Shown here: positions 1 through 9,975 of the stretch, one piece after another
Numbering within the stretch: the stretch's first letter is position 1
Layout of the letters: every line of letters begins with the position of its first letter
Made by a program: the position numbers and the translations under genes
Origin: Aggregatilineales bacterium
GTDB taxonomy: Bacteria; Chloroflexota; Anaerolineae; Aggregatilineales; Phototrophicaceae
Assembly: GCA_963663435.1 (NCBI GenBank)
Contig: OY760398.1
Coordinates: 848,665-912,664, forward strand
Length of the DNA stretch: 64,000 nt
Reading direction: 5' to 3'
Notes under the pieces: generated by a model
What the model was told of the DNA's origin: nothing
Databases searched by the model: none
Seen by the model: only the letters and a program-made list of their open reading frames with translations

Positions 1-171
1 AGTGGCGATGATTTCGCGGGCCCCCGGATGGTCATAACCGGTTTCTTTCAGGTAATGCGCATAAAATGGCTCGTCGATGACACGCGTGTCGGCGCGGCTG
101 GCCCATGACCGCATCAGCGCAGTGGAGATATTCCGGGGTCCGGACCACATCGCAATGATTCGCTGCGCCAC
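1..171 (-). CDS. N-terminal fragment of a sulfotransferase-like/P-loop family protein; gene continues beyond window start
   Basis: Open frame absent from the ORF track (no stop inside window). GTG at 171 follows an AAAGGGA SD-like motif and an in-frame TGA. Translation: VAQRIIAMWSGPRNISTALMRSWASRADTRVIDEPFYAHYLKETGYDHPGAREIIAT. The WSGPRNIST...DEPFY pattern is recalled from sulfotransferase-like proteins. The tracked ORF 32..214 is a different, less protein-like frame. Confidence 0.4.
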   Translation of the reverse strand, partial: MAQRIIAMWSGPRNISTALMRSWASRADTRVIDEPFYAHYLKETGYDHPGAREIIAT

Positions 172-284
172 CTGTGCTCATCCCTTTAGCGTCGACCTTG
201 CTTGACTGGCTCACCTGCCACTATAGTGGATGCACCGCCCAGCAGCACGTATTGTAACCGATTGCATAGACCTTGTCACATCGA

Positions 285-1457
285 ATGTCACGGCAGAAGA
301 AGCGGGTCGATACCAAGCATAAGCGAGCGCGCGGGGGCGTGATAGCGGGGCTGGCGCTGTTGGCGCTATTGGCGCTGATCGCGCGCAAGCCGGCTGAAGA
401 TTTTCCGCCCGCCGAGCGGCACACGGTATCAACTGAAAAGCCGCAGGTTTGCCTGCATACACTGCTGGAAAACGAGGTCGAGGACGAGTCAATTTTGCGG
501 TCGTTGGAGCTGGCGCGCGAGTTGGGCGCGACAACGATCGTGCAATTCTTCCCCTGGGCTTATGTCGAGCGCGAGCCGGGCCACTACAGCTGGACCTTGG
601 CCGATCGCATCGTGCGCCAGGCCGACAGGCAGGGACTGCGCGTCATTGGCCGGCTGGGGCTGGTACCGGATTGGGCCCGTGACGGCAATACAGAGACGCT
701 CAATTATTTGACCGAGGAGAATTTCCCGGACTTTGCCGACTATGCCGCGGCCTTTGCTGAGCGCTACGCGGGATCGGTAGATCGTCTCATAATCTGGAAT
801 GAGCCGAATCTCAGCTTTGAATGGGGCTATCAGCCTGCCGATCCGGCGCGTTATGTTCGCCTGCTGGAAGCCAGCTACGCGCCGATTAAACAGGCGAATC
901 CGAGCGCTGTTGTATTGGCTGGCGCGCTGGCGCCTACTTTGGAGGCAACGGGCAGCAGCGCGGGACTCAACGAGTTGGATTTTCTCCAGGAAATGTACGA
1001 CTTGGGCGCGGGGGAATACTTCGACGCCCTGGCTATTCACAGCTATGGTTTTCAAGAACCTCCGGAAGCAGAGCCGGCGCCCGACCGCTTGAACTTCCGC
1101 CGCAGCGAGCTGCTGCGCGAGATCATGCTGGCAAATGGCGACGGGCACAAGCCGGTCTACATTACCGAGAGCGGCTGGAATGACCATCCCCGTTGGACGC
1201 AAGCGGTCCGCCCGTCGCAGCGCTCGGCCTACACGTTGCGGGCTTTCCAATACGCCGAGCAGAATTGGCAATGGCTGGAGAAGCTCTGCATTTGGGCCTT
1301 GCGTTATCCTGCTGATGTCTACAGCTATCCGGACAATTTTACCTTGGTGACCTCCGGCTTCGTGGAAAAGCCGATCTATTTCGCGCTGCAGGATTATGCG
1401 CGCGGCTGGACAAAAAGCGAGACGCCTTGGCTGCCGCCGCCGCGAGCGGACGAATGA
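285..1457 (+). CDS. membrane-anchored clan GH-A glycoside hydrolase (GH5/GH39-like)
   Basis: ORF 273..1457 with in-frame ATG at 285. Basic N-terminus then hydrophobic anchor GGVIAGLALLALLALIA. Acid/base motif IIWNEPN and nucleophile motif VYITESGW are typical of (beta/alpha)8 clan GH-A enzymes. Confidence 0.7.
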   Translation: MSRQKKRVDTKHKRARGGVIAGLALLALLALIARKPAEDFPPAERHTVSTEKPQVCLHTLLENEVEDESILRSLELARELGATTIVQFFPWAYVEREPGHYSWTLADRIVRQADRQGLRVIGRLGLVPDWARDGNTETLNYLTEENFPDFADYAAAFAERYAGSVDRLIIWNEPNLSFEWGYQPADPARYVRLLEASYAPIKQANPSAVVLAGALAPTLEATGSSAGLNELDFLQEMYDLGAGEYFDALAIHSYGFQEPPEAEPAPDRLNFRRSELLREIMLANGDGHKPVYITESGWNDHPRWTQAVRPSQRSAYTLRAFQYAEQNWQWLEKLCIWALRYPADVYSYPDNFTLVTSGFVEKPIYFALQDYARGWTKSETPWLPPPRADE

Positions 1458-2227
1458 AAGTAGCAGCGCGCATATTAAGGGGCTTGACGGTGGCGCTGCC
1501 GCTGGCCTTCCTTGTCGGCGCCGTCGTGCGGCATTATCAGCCGCCGGACCCGGCTGTAGCCTTCCCGCGCGGCGAGATCGCCATTGGCGTGGACGGCAGT
1601 TTCCCGCCCTTCGCTTACGATGATGGCGGCGAACTGCGCGGGCTGGATATCGACCTGGGCGAGGCGCTTGGGCGAGAAATTGGGTTGCCCGCGCGCTTCG
1701 TGAGCATTAGCTTCAACGGTTTGTACGATTCGCTAATCAGCGGCAAAGTCGATCTGCTGATATCGGCGCTGCGCGTGGCGCCGGCGCGGCGTGAGGATGT
1801 GCGTTATTCGCAGCCATATTATGACAACGGCTTGGTGCTGGTCAGCGAAGTCGGCGCGGGCCTTGATCCGGACGAGCTGGCCGGAAAGCGTATCGGCTAT
1901 GAGTACGCCAGCAGCGCCGACAGCCAGATTCGGGCCTGGGAGCGCGCGGGAGTCCGAGTCCAGAAGTTGCCGTACGAGCTGCCCGCGCACGCTTTGGACG
2001 CGCTGCGTTACGGACAGGCCGACGGCGCGCTGACGGACGCCACGACATTTCGCCTGTATGCGAAATCGCAGGGAGAATGGCGGCCGGACGCCGAGTTCGT
2101 CACACACGATCCCTACGCGATCGCAGTGCGGAAAGACCGCGTCGGCGCCTGGAAACTGGTAGAGCGCGCCTTGTCCGCTTTGAAAGATAGCGGCGAACTG
2201 GCTAAAATCATTGAGGCATGGCTGTGA
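1454..2227 (+). CDS. ABC transporter substrate-binding protein, family 3 (polar amino-acid type)
   Basis: ATG 1454 overlaps the upstream stop (ATGA). N-terminal anchor LTVALPLAFLVGAV. IGVDGSFPPFAY, DLLISALRVAPAR and YSQPYY resemble SBP_bac_3 proteins. Confidence 0.75.
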   Translation: MKVAARILRGLTVALPLAFLVGAVVRHYQPPDPAVAFPRGEIAIGVDGSFPPFAYDDGGELRGLDIDLGEALGREIGLPARFVSISFNGLYDSLISGKVDLLISALRVAPARREDVRYSQPYYDNGLVLVSEVGAGLDPDELAGKRIGYEYASSADSQIRAWERAGVRVQKLPYELPAHALDALRYGQADGALTDATTFRLYAKSQGEWRPDAEFVTHDPYAIAVRKDRVGAWKLVERALSALKDSGELAKIIEAWL

Positions 2228-2260
2228 GGGTGCGGGGGCGAGCGCCTGACAGGTGGATTC

Positions 2261-2433
2261 ACCACAGAGGCACACTCGCTCGCGAGTCACGACATGGCTC
2301 AAACAAAATAACGAGCCCACAAAAGTGACGACCGGTAGGGGCGAGCCACCGGCTCGCCCGTACGCACAGGGTTCTTTTGTGGAATCGCCGACGGCGTTCA
2401 AACAAGGCTCCTCTAAACAGAGGACACAGAGGG
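2261..2433. repeat. atypical/degenerate copy of family-A CACAGAG-arm element
   Basis: ACCACAGAGGCACA at 2261-2274 and AACAGAGGACACAGAGGG at 2416-2433, 173 bp apart (same length class as the other copies). Both arms are in the same orientation here. The core carries the family-D palindrome. Confidence 0.35.
2335..2363. repeat. GC-rich palindromic REP-like unit (family D), copy 1
   Basis: GTAGGGGCGAGCCACCGGCTCGCCCGTAC with 9-10 bp self-complementary arms GGGCGAGCC/GGCTCGCCC. Nested inside a second inverted pair, CCCACAAAAG (2316-2325) / CTTTTGTGG (2374-2382). An inverted second copy lies at 28847-28875. Confidence 0.7.
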
Positions 2434-2493
2434 AAAATTGCGAGAAGTGTGCGAAGTTGACCAATAGCGAGGCCGTAAACGGGGGAGAGAGCC

Positions 2494-3462
2494 ATGACAG
2501 ACAAAGTACGTTGGGGAATCTTGAGCACTGCCAATATCGGACGCCGCGTGATTCCAGCTATCCACGCCTCAAGCAACGGCGTCGTGGCGGCGGTTTGCAG
2601 TCGGTCTCTGGAGCGCGCGCAAGCCTTCGCCGCCGAGCAGGATATACCGCGCGCTTTGGGCAGCTACGAAGCATTGATCGCGGATACCGAGATTGACGCC
2701 ATCTACAATCCGCTGCCCAACAGCATGCACGCCGAATGGAGCATCAAGTGCGCCGAGGCGGGCGTGCCGGTCTTGTGCGAAAAACCGTTCGCCAGCGACG
2801 CTGCCGAAGCGCAGAGCCTCGTGGACGCCTTTGAAAAGCATGATGTGCTACTGGCGGAAGCCTTTATGTATCGCTTTCATCCGCAGCACGCCAAAGTGAA
2901 GGAGATTGTCGCCGCGGGCGGCATCGGCGAGTTAAAAATCATCAACAGCAGTTTCACCTTTGCGATTAGCGACGAAGCCAATATCCGCTTGAGCAAAGCT
3001 TTGGCCGGTGGCGCGCTGATGGATGTCGGCTGCTACTGCGTCAATCTGATGCGCTTCATGACGGGCGAAGAACCGGCGCGTGTGACGGCCAGCGGGCGCA
3101 TCGGCGAGACGACCGGCGTCGACGAAGCGCTTGCGGCTACCTTCGAGTTTCCTTCCGGCGTGATCGGCCATTTTGATTGCGGCCTGCGGGCGCATCGACA
3201 GCATTCCTACACGTTAAAGGGCAGCGAGGGGATGATTGTTGTGCCCACCAGCTTCGTGCCGGACAAGTCGGCGGATACACTGGTGCAGCATTGGCAGGGC
3301 GATGATTACAGCGAGCATATCATCCCGGCGACCGACCACTATCAGCTGATGGCGGAAGATTTTGCTGACGCGCTGATCAACAAGCGCGCGCCGCGTTTCC
3401 CCGCGACTGATGCGGTGCAGAATATGGTGGTGGTTGATGAGCTGCTAGCGCAGGTGCGTTAA
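2494..3462 (+). CDS. Gfo/Idh/MocA family NAD(P)-dependent oxidoreductase
   Basis: N-terminal Rossmann motif [14 protein letters not shown], then EKP motif (VLCEKPFA) and a C-terminal alpha/beta domain, typical of the family. Confidence 0.85.
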   Translation: MTDKVRWGILSTANIGRRVIPAIHASSNGVVAAVCSRSLERAQAFAAEQDIPRALGSYEALIADTEIDAIYNPLPNSMHAEWSIKCAEAGVPVLCEKPFASDAAEAQSLVDAFEKHDVLLAEAFMYRFHPQHAKVKEIVAAGGIGELKIINSSFTFAISDEANIRLSKALAGGALMDVGCYCVNLMRFMTGEEPARVTASGRIGETTGVDEALAATFEFPSGVIGHFDCGLRAHRQHSYTLKGSEGMIVVPTSFVPDKSADTLVQHWQGDDYSEHIIPATDHYQLMAEDFADALINKRAPRFPATDAVQNMVVVDELLAQVR

Positions 3463-5258
3463 TGCGCTGCCCCGGCCAGCACGAGCTCGCCGGTCTGAAC
3501 GCGCCAGAGCGAAGCGTAGAGCCCGTCCAGAAGCAGCAGGTCCTGGTGGTGGCCGCTTTCCAGCAGCCGTCCCTCTTGCAGCACGTAGATCATATCGGCA
3601 TTGCGCACGGTAGACAGCCGATGGGCGATGACAATTGTGGTGCGCCCGATGACGATCCGCTCCAGCGAACGCTGAATGGCGGCTTCGGTTTCGTTGTCGA
3701 CCGATGAGGTCGCTTCATCGAGCACGAGTATGGGCGGGTCGGTCAGCACGGCGCGCGCGATGGACAGGCGTTGGCGTTGACCGCCGGAGAGCTTCTGCCC
3801 GCGCTCGCCAACTACGGTGTCGTAGCCTTGCGGCAACTGCGTAATGAATTCATGCGCTTCGGCTACCCGGGCCGCTTCGATGATGCGGTCCATCGGGGCA
3901 TCGGGATCTCCGTAGGCGATGTTTTCGCGGACGGTACCGTGAAACAAAAAGACATCCTGGCTCACCAGGCCTATGGCGCGGCGAATGTCTTCCTGCCTCA
4001 GTTCGCGCAAATCCAGGCCGTCGAGCAAGACGCGCCCCGCGGTGACATCGTAGAAGCGCAGCAGCAACTTGATGACGGTGCTTTTGCCGGCGCCGGTCGC
4101 CCCGACGATGGCGATGGTATCGCCCGCGGGGACATCCAGCGAGAGATTCCGAATCACTTCGCGTCCGTCGCTGTAGGCGAACTCCACTTGTTCCAGCCGC
4201 ATCTGCCCGCGGACGTCTTTAGTAGGCAGGTGAATGTGGCCATCAATGACGGACGACTTGATGCCTAGCAAGTCGAGTATGCGAATGGTGGACGCCATGG
4301 CGCGCTGGTAGAGATCGAAAGTTTCGCCCAGTCGTGTCAGCGGCCAGAGCAAACGCTGCGTCATAAAGATCAGGACGCTGTAGGCGCCAATCTCGAGAAG
4401 GCCATCGAGGGCCAGTTTGCCGCCGGCAATGGTGATGGCGATGAAGCCGGTGACGATCACCATGCGGATGAGGGGCGTAAAGGCGGAGCCCCAGCGAATG
4501 GCGCGGCGATTGCGCTCCAGGTATTCGTTGCTCTCGAAGCGCAGACGCTCGGCTTCAAAGTCTTCGGCGGTGAAGCTCTTGATGGTGGCAATGCCGCTCA
4601 AGCTATTGGAGAGATGATGGTTGATGACGCTAACCTGCTCGCGCACGGAAAGGTAGAGTGGCGCTAGCAGCTTCTGGAATTTCAGCGAGCCCCAGATGAT
4701 GAAGGGAATAGGCACGGCCGCCATCCAGGCGACGCTGGGCGCGATGAAGACAAATATGCCGCCGATTGTGATAATCGTGGTCAAGATTTGAACCACGTCG
4801 TTGGCGCCGATATCCAGAAAGCGCTCCAGCTGATTGATGTCGTCGTTGAGCACGGACATCAAGCCGCCGGTGCTCTGATCTTCGAAGTAGCCGAGCTCGA
4901 GGCGTTGCACGTGATCGTAGGCTTCGACGCGCAAGTCATGCTGCATGGCTTGGGCCAGGTTGCGCCAGTAGACGCGCTGCAGATAGCCGAAGACGGATTC
5001 CAGCAGCCAGACGATCAGCGTAACGACGCCGAGGATAATCAGCTGCATCGACAGATCAGCCACGCCCCAGCGGCCCAACAAGGAATTCTGACGTTCGACG
5101 ACGATATCCACCGCCATGCCGATGAGCACCGGCGGCATGATATCAAAGAGTTTGCCCAGGACGGAAAAACTGGTCGCCCAAGCCACACGACGCTTGTAGA
5201 CGGAGGCATAATTGAGCAAGCGGACAAAGGGATGGCGTTTCTTAATTTTTGGTTTCAT
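3459..5258 (-). CDS. ABC exporter, fused permease/ATPase (MsbA/multidrug-type)
   Basis: Six predicted TM helices at the N-terminus. Walker [10 protein letters not shown], signature LSGGQRQR, Walker [10 protein letters not shown]. Confidence 0.9.
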   Translation of the reverse strand: MKPKIKKRHPFVRLLNYASVYKRRVAWATSFSVLGKLFDIMPPVLIGMAVDIVVERQNSLLGRWGVADLSMQLIILGVVTLIVWLLESVFGYLQRVYWRNLAQAMQHDLRVEAYDHVQRLELGYFEDQSTGGLMSVLNDDINQLERFLDIGANDVVQILTTIITIGGIFVFIAPSVAWMAAVPIPFIIWGSLKFQKLLAPLYLSVREQVSVINHHLSNSLSGIATIKSFTAEDFEAERLRFESNEYLERNRRAIRWGSAFTPLIRMVIVTGFIAITIAGGKLALDGLLEIGAYSVLIFMTQRLLWPLTRLGETFDLYQRAMASTIRILDLLGIKSSVIDGHIHLPTKDVRGQMRLEQVEFAYSDGREVIRNLSLDVPAGDTIAIVGATGAGKSTVIKLLLRFYDVTAGRVLLDGLDLRELRQEDIRRAIGLVSQDVFLFHGTVRENIAYGDPDAPMDRIIEAARVAEAHEFITQLPQGYDTVVGERGQKLSGGQRQRLSIARAVLTDPPILVLDEATSSVDNETEAAIQRSLERIVIGRTTIVIAHRLSTVRNADMIYVLQEGRLLESGHHQDLLLLDGLYASLWRVQTGELVLAGAAH

Positions 5259-5365
5259 GCGCAGGGGGCTAAATTTCGTCTCATATAAGCGTCGGATTAT
5301 AGAGGAATGCTGGGTAGCGCGCTATATGACATCGGGCGAGAACGACGAGACGATTCTGAGTGCGG

Positions 5366-6337
5366 TCAGCGGATGAGCCCGCCCCCGCCGGCGCCGGCGG
5401 CCAAGGCTGCGACCGCTTCACGATCGACCAGGGGCAGATCGCCGGGGATGGTGTATTTCAGCGCTGACATGGCCACGCCCCACTTTAGCGCTTCAGCGAC
5501 ATCATCTTGCCGCAGCCAGGCATAGAGGAATCCAGCCGCGAAAGCGTCGCCGCCGCCGATTCGCCCGACCTCGCCAGCGAGTATGGCCGGCTGGCGAATC
5601 GTCTCGCCGGCGGGCGTTCGCGCCAGCGCGCCGTCAACCCCCATGGTCACGACGATCAGCGTATCTGCGTAGCGGGCGGCGAGCGTATTCAGGGCGTCGT
5701 CGGCTTGGGCGGGACCGTACATCACTTGATAATCACCCAGCGGGCAGAAGATGACGTCCGCCAGCAACATGGCCTGGTGGCAGCCGACGGCGGCCTGCGC
5801 GCCGCTCCAGAGTTTGCTGCGAAAATTTGTGTCGAAGCTTAGGCGCCAGCCGGCGGCCTTGGCCCGGCTTTGCGCTTCGTGCACCGTGTCCCGCGCCGTC
5901 TCGCTGATCGCCAGCGTGATGCCGGTAACGTGAAGCAGCTGCGAAACGCCCGCCTGAAACAGGCCCTCCGGCAGGTCCCCCGGCTGCATGCGGCTGATGG
6001 CGGAATCACGCCGGTCGTAGATGATCTCGCTGGCGCGGGGAGTTTGCGCCTTCTCGTGAAAGTAGATGCCCAGCCGTTCGTCGTCGGCCCAGACCACATG
6101 GCTGACATCGACGCCGTACTGGGCGATGCGGTTGCTGATGTAGCGGCCCAGCGGCGAGCGCGGCAGGCGGGACAGCCAGGCGACATTCATGCCCAGCCGG
6201 GCCAGGCCGACGGCTGTGTTGGATTCGGTACCTCCGACCCAAATATCGAAGGATTGGGTCTGCTCTATCCGCAGGAAGCCGGGCGGCGTCAAACGCATCA
6301 TAGATTCACCAAATGTCAGTACGTCGTAGCGATTCAT
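5366..6337 (-). CDS. PfkB-family sugar kinase (2-dehydro-3-deoxygluconokinase-like)
   Basis: ATG at 6337 (MNRYDVLTFGESMMRL) with AAGGA 9 nt upstream. GGTESNTA and C-terminal GGGDAFAAGF motifs of ribokinase/PfkB kinases. The ORF-track start 6412 adds 25 non-homologous residues. Confidence 0.8.
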   Translation of the reverse strand: MNRYDVLTFGESMMRLTPPGFLRIEQTQSFDIWVGGTESNTAVGLARLGMNVAWLSRLPRSPLGRYISNRIAQYGVDVSHVVWADDERLGIYFHEKAQTPRASEIIYDRRDSAISRMQPGDLPEGLFQAGVSQLLHVTGITLAISETARDTVHEAQSRAKAAGWRLSFDTNFRSKLWSGAQAAVGCHQAMLLADVIFCPLGDYQVMYGPAQADDALNTLAARYADTLIVVTMGVDGALARTPAGETIRQPAILAGEVGRIGGGDAFAAGFLYAWLRQDDVAEALKWGVAMSALKYTIPGDLPLVDREAVAALAAGAGGGGLIR

Positions 6338-6434
6338 GCTGAGAATCCTTTGTCGTGGCGGCGGCCTGCGCCAGCATTCTGCGCGGGGCCGATTTTGGCT
6401 AGCATGCGCCAAATGATACCGCTATACTCGCCTC

Positions 6435-7538
6435 ATGGCACATATCGGAATTGACGCCCGGCTCACTCACTATCGTGTTGGCGGCATCAGCCGGTATATC
6501 ACCGCCCTAATCAGCGCCCTTGAACAGCTGCAGCCGGCGCATGACTTCACGCTCGTGCAGAGCAGAAAGGCGCGGGGGCGCTTGTCGGCGCGATTACGGA
6601 CTGCCAAGGCCTGGACGCCGCCGCATCATCCCTGGGAGCGAGCGGCGCTCTCGGTAGAACTGGCGCGACACCGTTTCGACTTGCTGCACAGCCCCGACTT
6701 CATCGCTCCGCTGCGCGGCGGCAAACATCATGTGATCACCGTGCATGATCTCAGTTTCATCCACTATCCTGAGTACATCACCGCCGAAAGCCGCCACTAC
6801 TACAACGGGCAGATCGCGGCCTCCGTGCGGCGGGCGGATCATATTCTGGCCGACAGCGAGGCGACCAAGCGCGACCTGATCGATATTCTGGATGTGCCGG
6901 CGGATCAGATCACCGTACACATGCTGGGCGTGGACGAGCGCTTCATGCCACTGGAGCGAGTTTGTTCCGAGCCGACGATTCGCGCGCTGGACTTGCCGGA
7001 TAGCTATTTCCTGTTTGTAGGCACGCTTGAGCCGCGCAAGAACCTCTTAGGCTTGGCGCGGGCCTATCGCGAGCTCAAGCTGGATTTTCCCGATGCGCCA
7101 AAGCTGGTCATCGTCGGCCGCCCCGGCTGGCATTATGATCAGCTGATGTCCGATCTGCGCGCGGTGGGAATCAACGACGACCTTATCATCAAGCAGGAAG
7201 TCGCGGACGGTCAGCTGCCAGCGCTTTACAACCATGCTTTGGCTCTGATTACGCCGTCATTTTACGAGGGCTTTGGCCTGACGGCGCTGGAGGCCATGGC
7301 TTGCGGCACGACGCCGATCGTGAGCCGAGTCGCCTCGCTGCCGGAGATCGTGGGCGATGTGGGATTGCTGATCGATCCGCACGACATCAGTTCGATCGCC
7401 GGGGCGCTTGCCCGAGTCTTATGCGACAGCCATTGGCGCGGACAGCAAGAAAAGGCGGCGCTGCAGCGGGCGGCTGGATTCCGCTGGAGCGATACGGCCC
7501 GCATCGCGCTCGACTGTTATGATCGCGCGCTAAGCTAG
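6435..7538 (+). CDS. glycosyltransferase family 4 (GT-B, GT1-type domain)
   Basis: C-terminal EGFGLTALEAMACGTPIV motif and VGTLEPRKN typical of GT4 enzymes. Confidence 0.85.
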   Translation: MAHIGIDARLTHYRVGGISRYITALISALEQLQPAHDFTLVQSRKARGRLSARLRTAKAWTPPHHPWERAALSVELARHRFDLLHSPDFIAPLRGGKHHVITVHDLSFIHYPEYITAESRHYYNGQIAASVRRADHILADSEATKRDLIDILDVPADQITVHMLGVDERFMPLERVCSEPTIRALDLPDSYFLFVGTLEPRKNLLGLARAYRELKLDFPDAPKLVIVGRPGWHYDQLMSDLRAVGINDDLIIKQEVADGQLPALYNHALALITPSFYEGFGLTALEAMACGTTPIVSRVASLPEIVGDVGLLIDPHDISSIAGALARVLCDSHWRGQQEKAALQRAAGFRWSDTARIALDCYDRALS

Positions 7539-7545
7539 GCGAGCA

Positions 7546-8757
7546 ATGAAAATCCTGCTGCTCACGCCGGATTTGCCCTACCCCAGCGAGTCGGGCGCCG
7601 CCTTGCGCAATATGGGCATCATCCGCGGGCTGCGCGCGGCCGGGCATGAGGTTACGCTGCTCAGTTTTCGCGCCAGCCCGGACGCGCCGTCGTCGAGTCC
7701 GCTGAAGGAACTATGCCACAGGCTTCACACTGCGCCGCTGCCAAACAGAACACGAAGAGATCGCCTGATCACACTCGTGACGAGTTCCCGAGCGGATCTG
7801 GAATCCAGGCTGGCGAGCGATGCCTACGAGCGCGCATTGCGGCAACTGCTGCATTCGGAGTGTTTCGACATTGTGCAATTTTCGGGCATTGAGCTGGGCG
7901 GCTACCTGGAAGTGATTCTAGCGGCGAAGGGCAGCGCCAAGGTGGTTTACGACGCGCTTAACGCCGAAGCCGACTTGCAGCGAGTAATCGCCCGCGTCGA
8001 TGCTGGGCGGGTCAAACGCATGCCGGCTGCGGTCTATTCGGCGGCACAGGCGCGGCGGCTCTCGCGCTTTGAAGAACGCGTCTGCAATGGGGTCGACGCT
8101 GTCATCGCCGTCAGCGGCGAAGACCGGGATTTGCTGGGGCGCTATGGGGGAGCGCCCATCACGGTGATGTCAAATGGCATCGCGGTGGCCGAATATCGTG
8201 CGCCGACGGGCCAATCGCGCTCAATGCGACATATCGTGTTCAGCGGCAAAATGGATTATCGCCCCAATGTTGACGCTGCTGAATGGCTGTTTAAGGCGAT
8301 AATGCCGCGTGTCTGGGAGGGAGAGCCGGCGGCTCGCCTGAGTATCGTGGGGCGGAATCCGCACCCTCGCCTTGGAGTGTTGGCGCAGGACCCGCGCATC
8401 AAGCTGACCGGCTGGGTCGAGTCGGTGCTGCCATATTTGCACGAAGCCGCTCTCTTTGTCGTGCCGCTTCGCATGGGCAGCGGGACGCGGCTGAAGATCT
8501 TGCAGGCGATGGCGGCGGGTTGCGCCGTGCTGTCCACGTCAATCGGCGCGGCCGGCCTTAACAGCGAGGTTCGCGGCGCGCTGGAAATTGCGGACGATGC
8601 CGATGAATTCGCGCGGGCCATCTTGGACTTGCTTCAAGACGATTCGCGGCGCCTTGACCTGGGAGCGCGGGCGATGGAGGCGGTCGGCGAATATTATGAC
8701 TGGCGGGTGCTGATGCCAAATCTGCTGCGCGTGTACGAGAGCCTGGCCAGTGGATAG
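7546..8757 (+). CDS. glycosyltransferase family 4
   Basis: MKILLLTPDLPYPSESGAALR N-terminus. GSGTRLKILQAMAAGCAVLST motif near the C-terminus. Confidence 0.85.
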   Translation: MKILLLTPDLPYPSESGAALRNMGIIRGLRAAGHEVTLLSFRASPDAPSSSPLKELCHRLHTAPLPNRTRRDRLITLVTSSRADLESRLASDAYERALRQLLHSECFDIVQFSGIELGGYLEVILAAKGSAKVVYDALNAEADLQRVIARVDAGRVKRMPAAVYSAAQARRLSRFEERVCNGVDAVIAVSGEDRDLLGRYGGAPITVMSNGIAVAEYRAPTGQSRSMRHIVFSGKMDYRPNVDAAEWLFKAIMPRVWEGEPAARLSIVGRNPHPRLGVLAQDPRIKLTGWVESVLPYLHEAALFVVPLRMGSGTRLKILQAMAAGCAVLSTSIGAAGLNSEVRGALEIADDADEFARAILDLLQDDSRRLDLGARAMEAVGEYYDWRVLMPNLLRVYESLASG

Positions 8758-9958
8758 AGCCGAGCTCGTCTTACGAAACCAGCGGCGGGCGGCCGAGCTG
8801 CGGAGCGCCGGCTTCAAGCAGCGGTTGCGGGATCGCGCTTTGGCGGGCATGGCGCGGATTCCGGTCGCAGCGGCGCAAGCGGGCGGCGAACGGCTGCTCA
8901 TCGTGCGACCCGATCACCTGGGCGATGTTTTGCTGTCCACGCCGGCGATTCAGGCGCTAAAACGCAGCCGTCCGGAGTCAAAAATACATGCGCTCTGCGG
9001 CGGATGGGCGGCCGAAGCGCTGGCCAACTACGACGAGATTGATCGCGTGCTGACCCTGCCCTTTCCCGGTTTTCAGCGCGCCTCGACCTCCGCGATTGCG
9101 CCTTGGCGGCTGGCCATCCAGACAGCGCGACTTCTGCGCAAAGTCGGCTACGTCAGCGCAATCATCATGCGCCCGGATCATTGGTGGGGCGCCATGGTCG
9201 CTCATTTGGCCGGCATACCCCAGCGCGTCGGCTATGATTTGGAGAATGTCGCGCCATTCCTGACTGATGTCGTCAAATTCGAGTACGGGCACGCCGTCGA
9301 ACAAAATTTGCGGCTGGCAGCGTCGTGGACGGGAATACTGGACGCGGCCGACATCAAACTGGAATATCCCGTGCAGGCGGCGGATTGCAAGACCATCGGC
9401 AAGCTGATTGAAAGCTGGCCGATTGAGACGACAGAGCCAATAGTCTGCATTCATCCGGGTTCGGGTGCGGCCAGCAAAATCTGGCGAGCGGAGAGCTGGG
9501 CGCAGGTGGCTGACCAACTTGCGGCTGAATTGGGGGCCTCGATCGTATTCACCGGAACAAGATCGGAAGCGGCGCTGGCGGATGAGATTGCCGCCGACAT
9601 GTCTGCGGACGCTGTCTGCATGGCGGGCGAAACCAGCGTGGGCCAGCTGGCGGGGCTTTATGCGCGATCGCGGGCGGTCTTGGGGCCGGACAGCGGCGCG
9701 CTGCACCTGGCGGCAGCCGTGGGCACGCCGACGGTGGCGCTGTTTGGGCCGGCAGATCCGCGGGAATTCGCGCCTTGGGGCGACCCGCTCCTGCACGAAG
9801 TTGTGACATCGGATATCGGCTGTCGGCCCTGTCGCATACTGGACTGGCGGGACGACGATGTGGCCTATCACCCCTGCGTGCGAGACATCACGGCGCGGCA
9901 GGTCTTTGAGGCGGCGCGGCGCGTATTAAGTTACAAAGACTCCCCGGAATCAGCTTAG
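8750..9958 (+). CDS. glycosyltransferase family 9 (heptosyltransferase-like)
   Basis: LLIVRPDHLGDVLLSTPAIQALK, IHPGSGAASKIW and GPDSGALHLAAAVGTPTVALFGP motifs. Alternative start ATG 8849. Confidence 0.8.
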   Translation: MDRAELVLRNQRRAAELRSAGFKQRLRDRALAGMARIPVAAAQAGGERLLIVRPDHLGDVLLSTPAIQALKRSRPESKIHALCGGWAAEALANYDEIDRVLTLPFPGFQRASTSAIAPWRLAIQTARLLRKVGYVSAIIMRPDHWWGAMVAHLAGIPQRVGYDLENVAPFLTDVVKFEYGHAVEQNLRLAASWTGILDAADIKLEYPVQAADCKTIGKLIESWPIETTEPIVCIHPGSGAASKIWRAESWAQVADQLAAELGASIVFTGTRSEAALADEIAADMSADAVCMAGETSVGQLAGLYARSRAVLGPDSGALHLAAAVGTPTVALFGPADPREFAPWGDPLLHEVVTSDIGCRPCRILDWRDDDVAYHPCVRDITARQVFEAARRVLSYKDSPESA

Positions 9959-9975
9959 CCAAATGCGAATTCAAC

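Noticed and set aside
32-214. 60-aa minus-strand ORF from the track
   Set aside because: The adjacent reading frame gives a far more protein-like sequence with a recognisable motif (WSGPRNISTA...DEPFY) and an SD-like signal. The tracked frame is probably the out-of-frame shadow.
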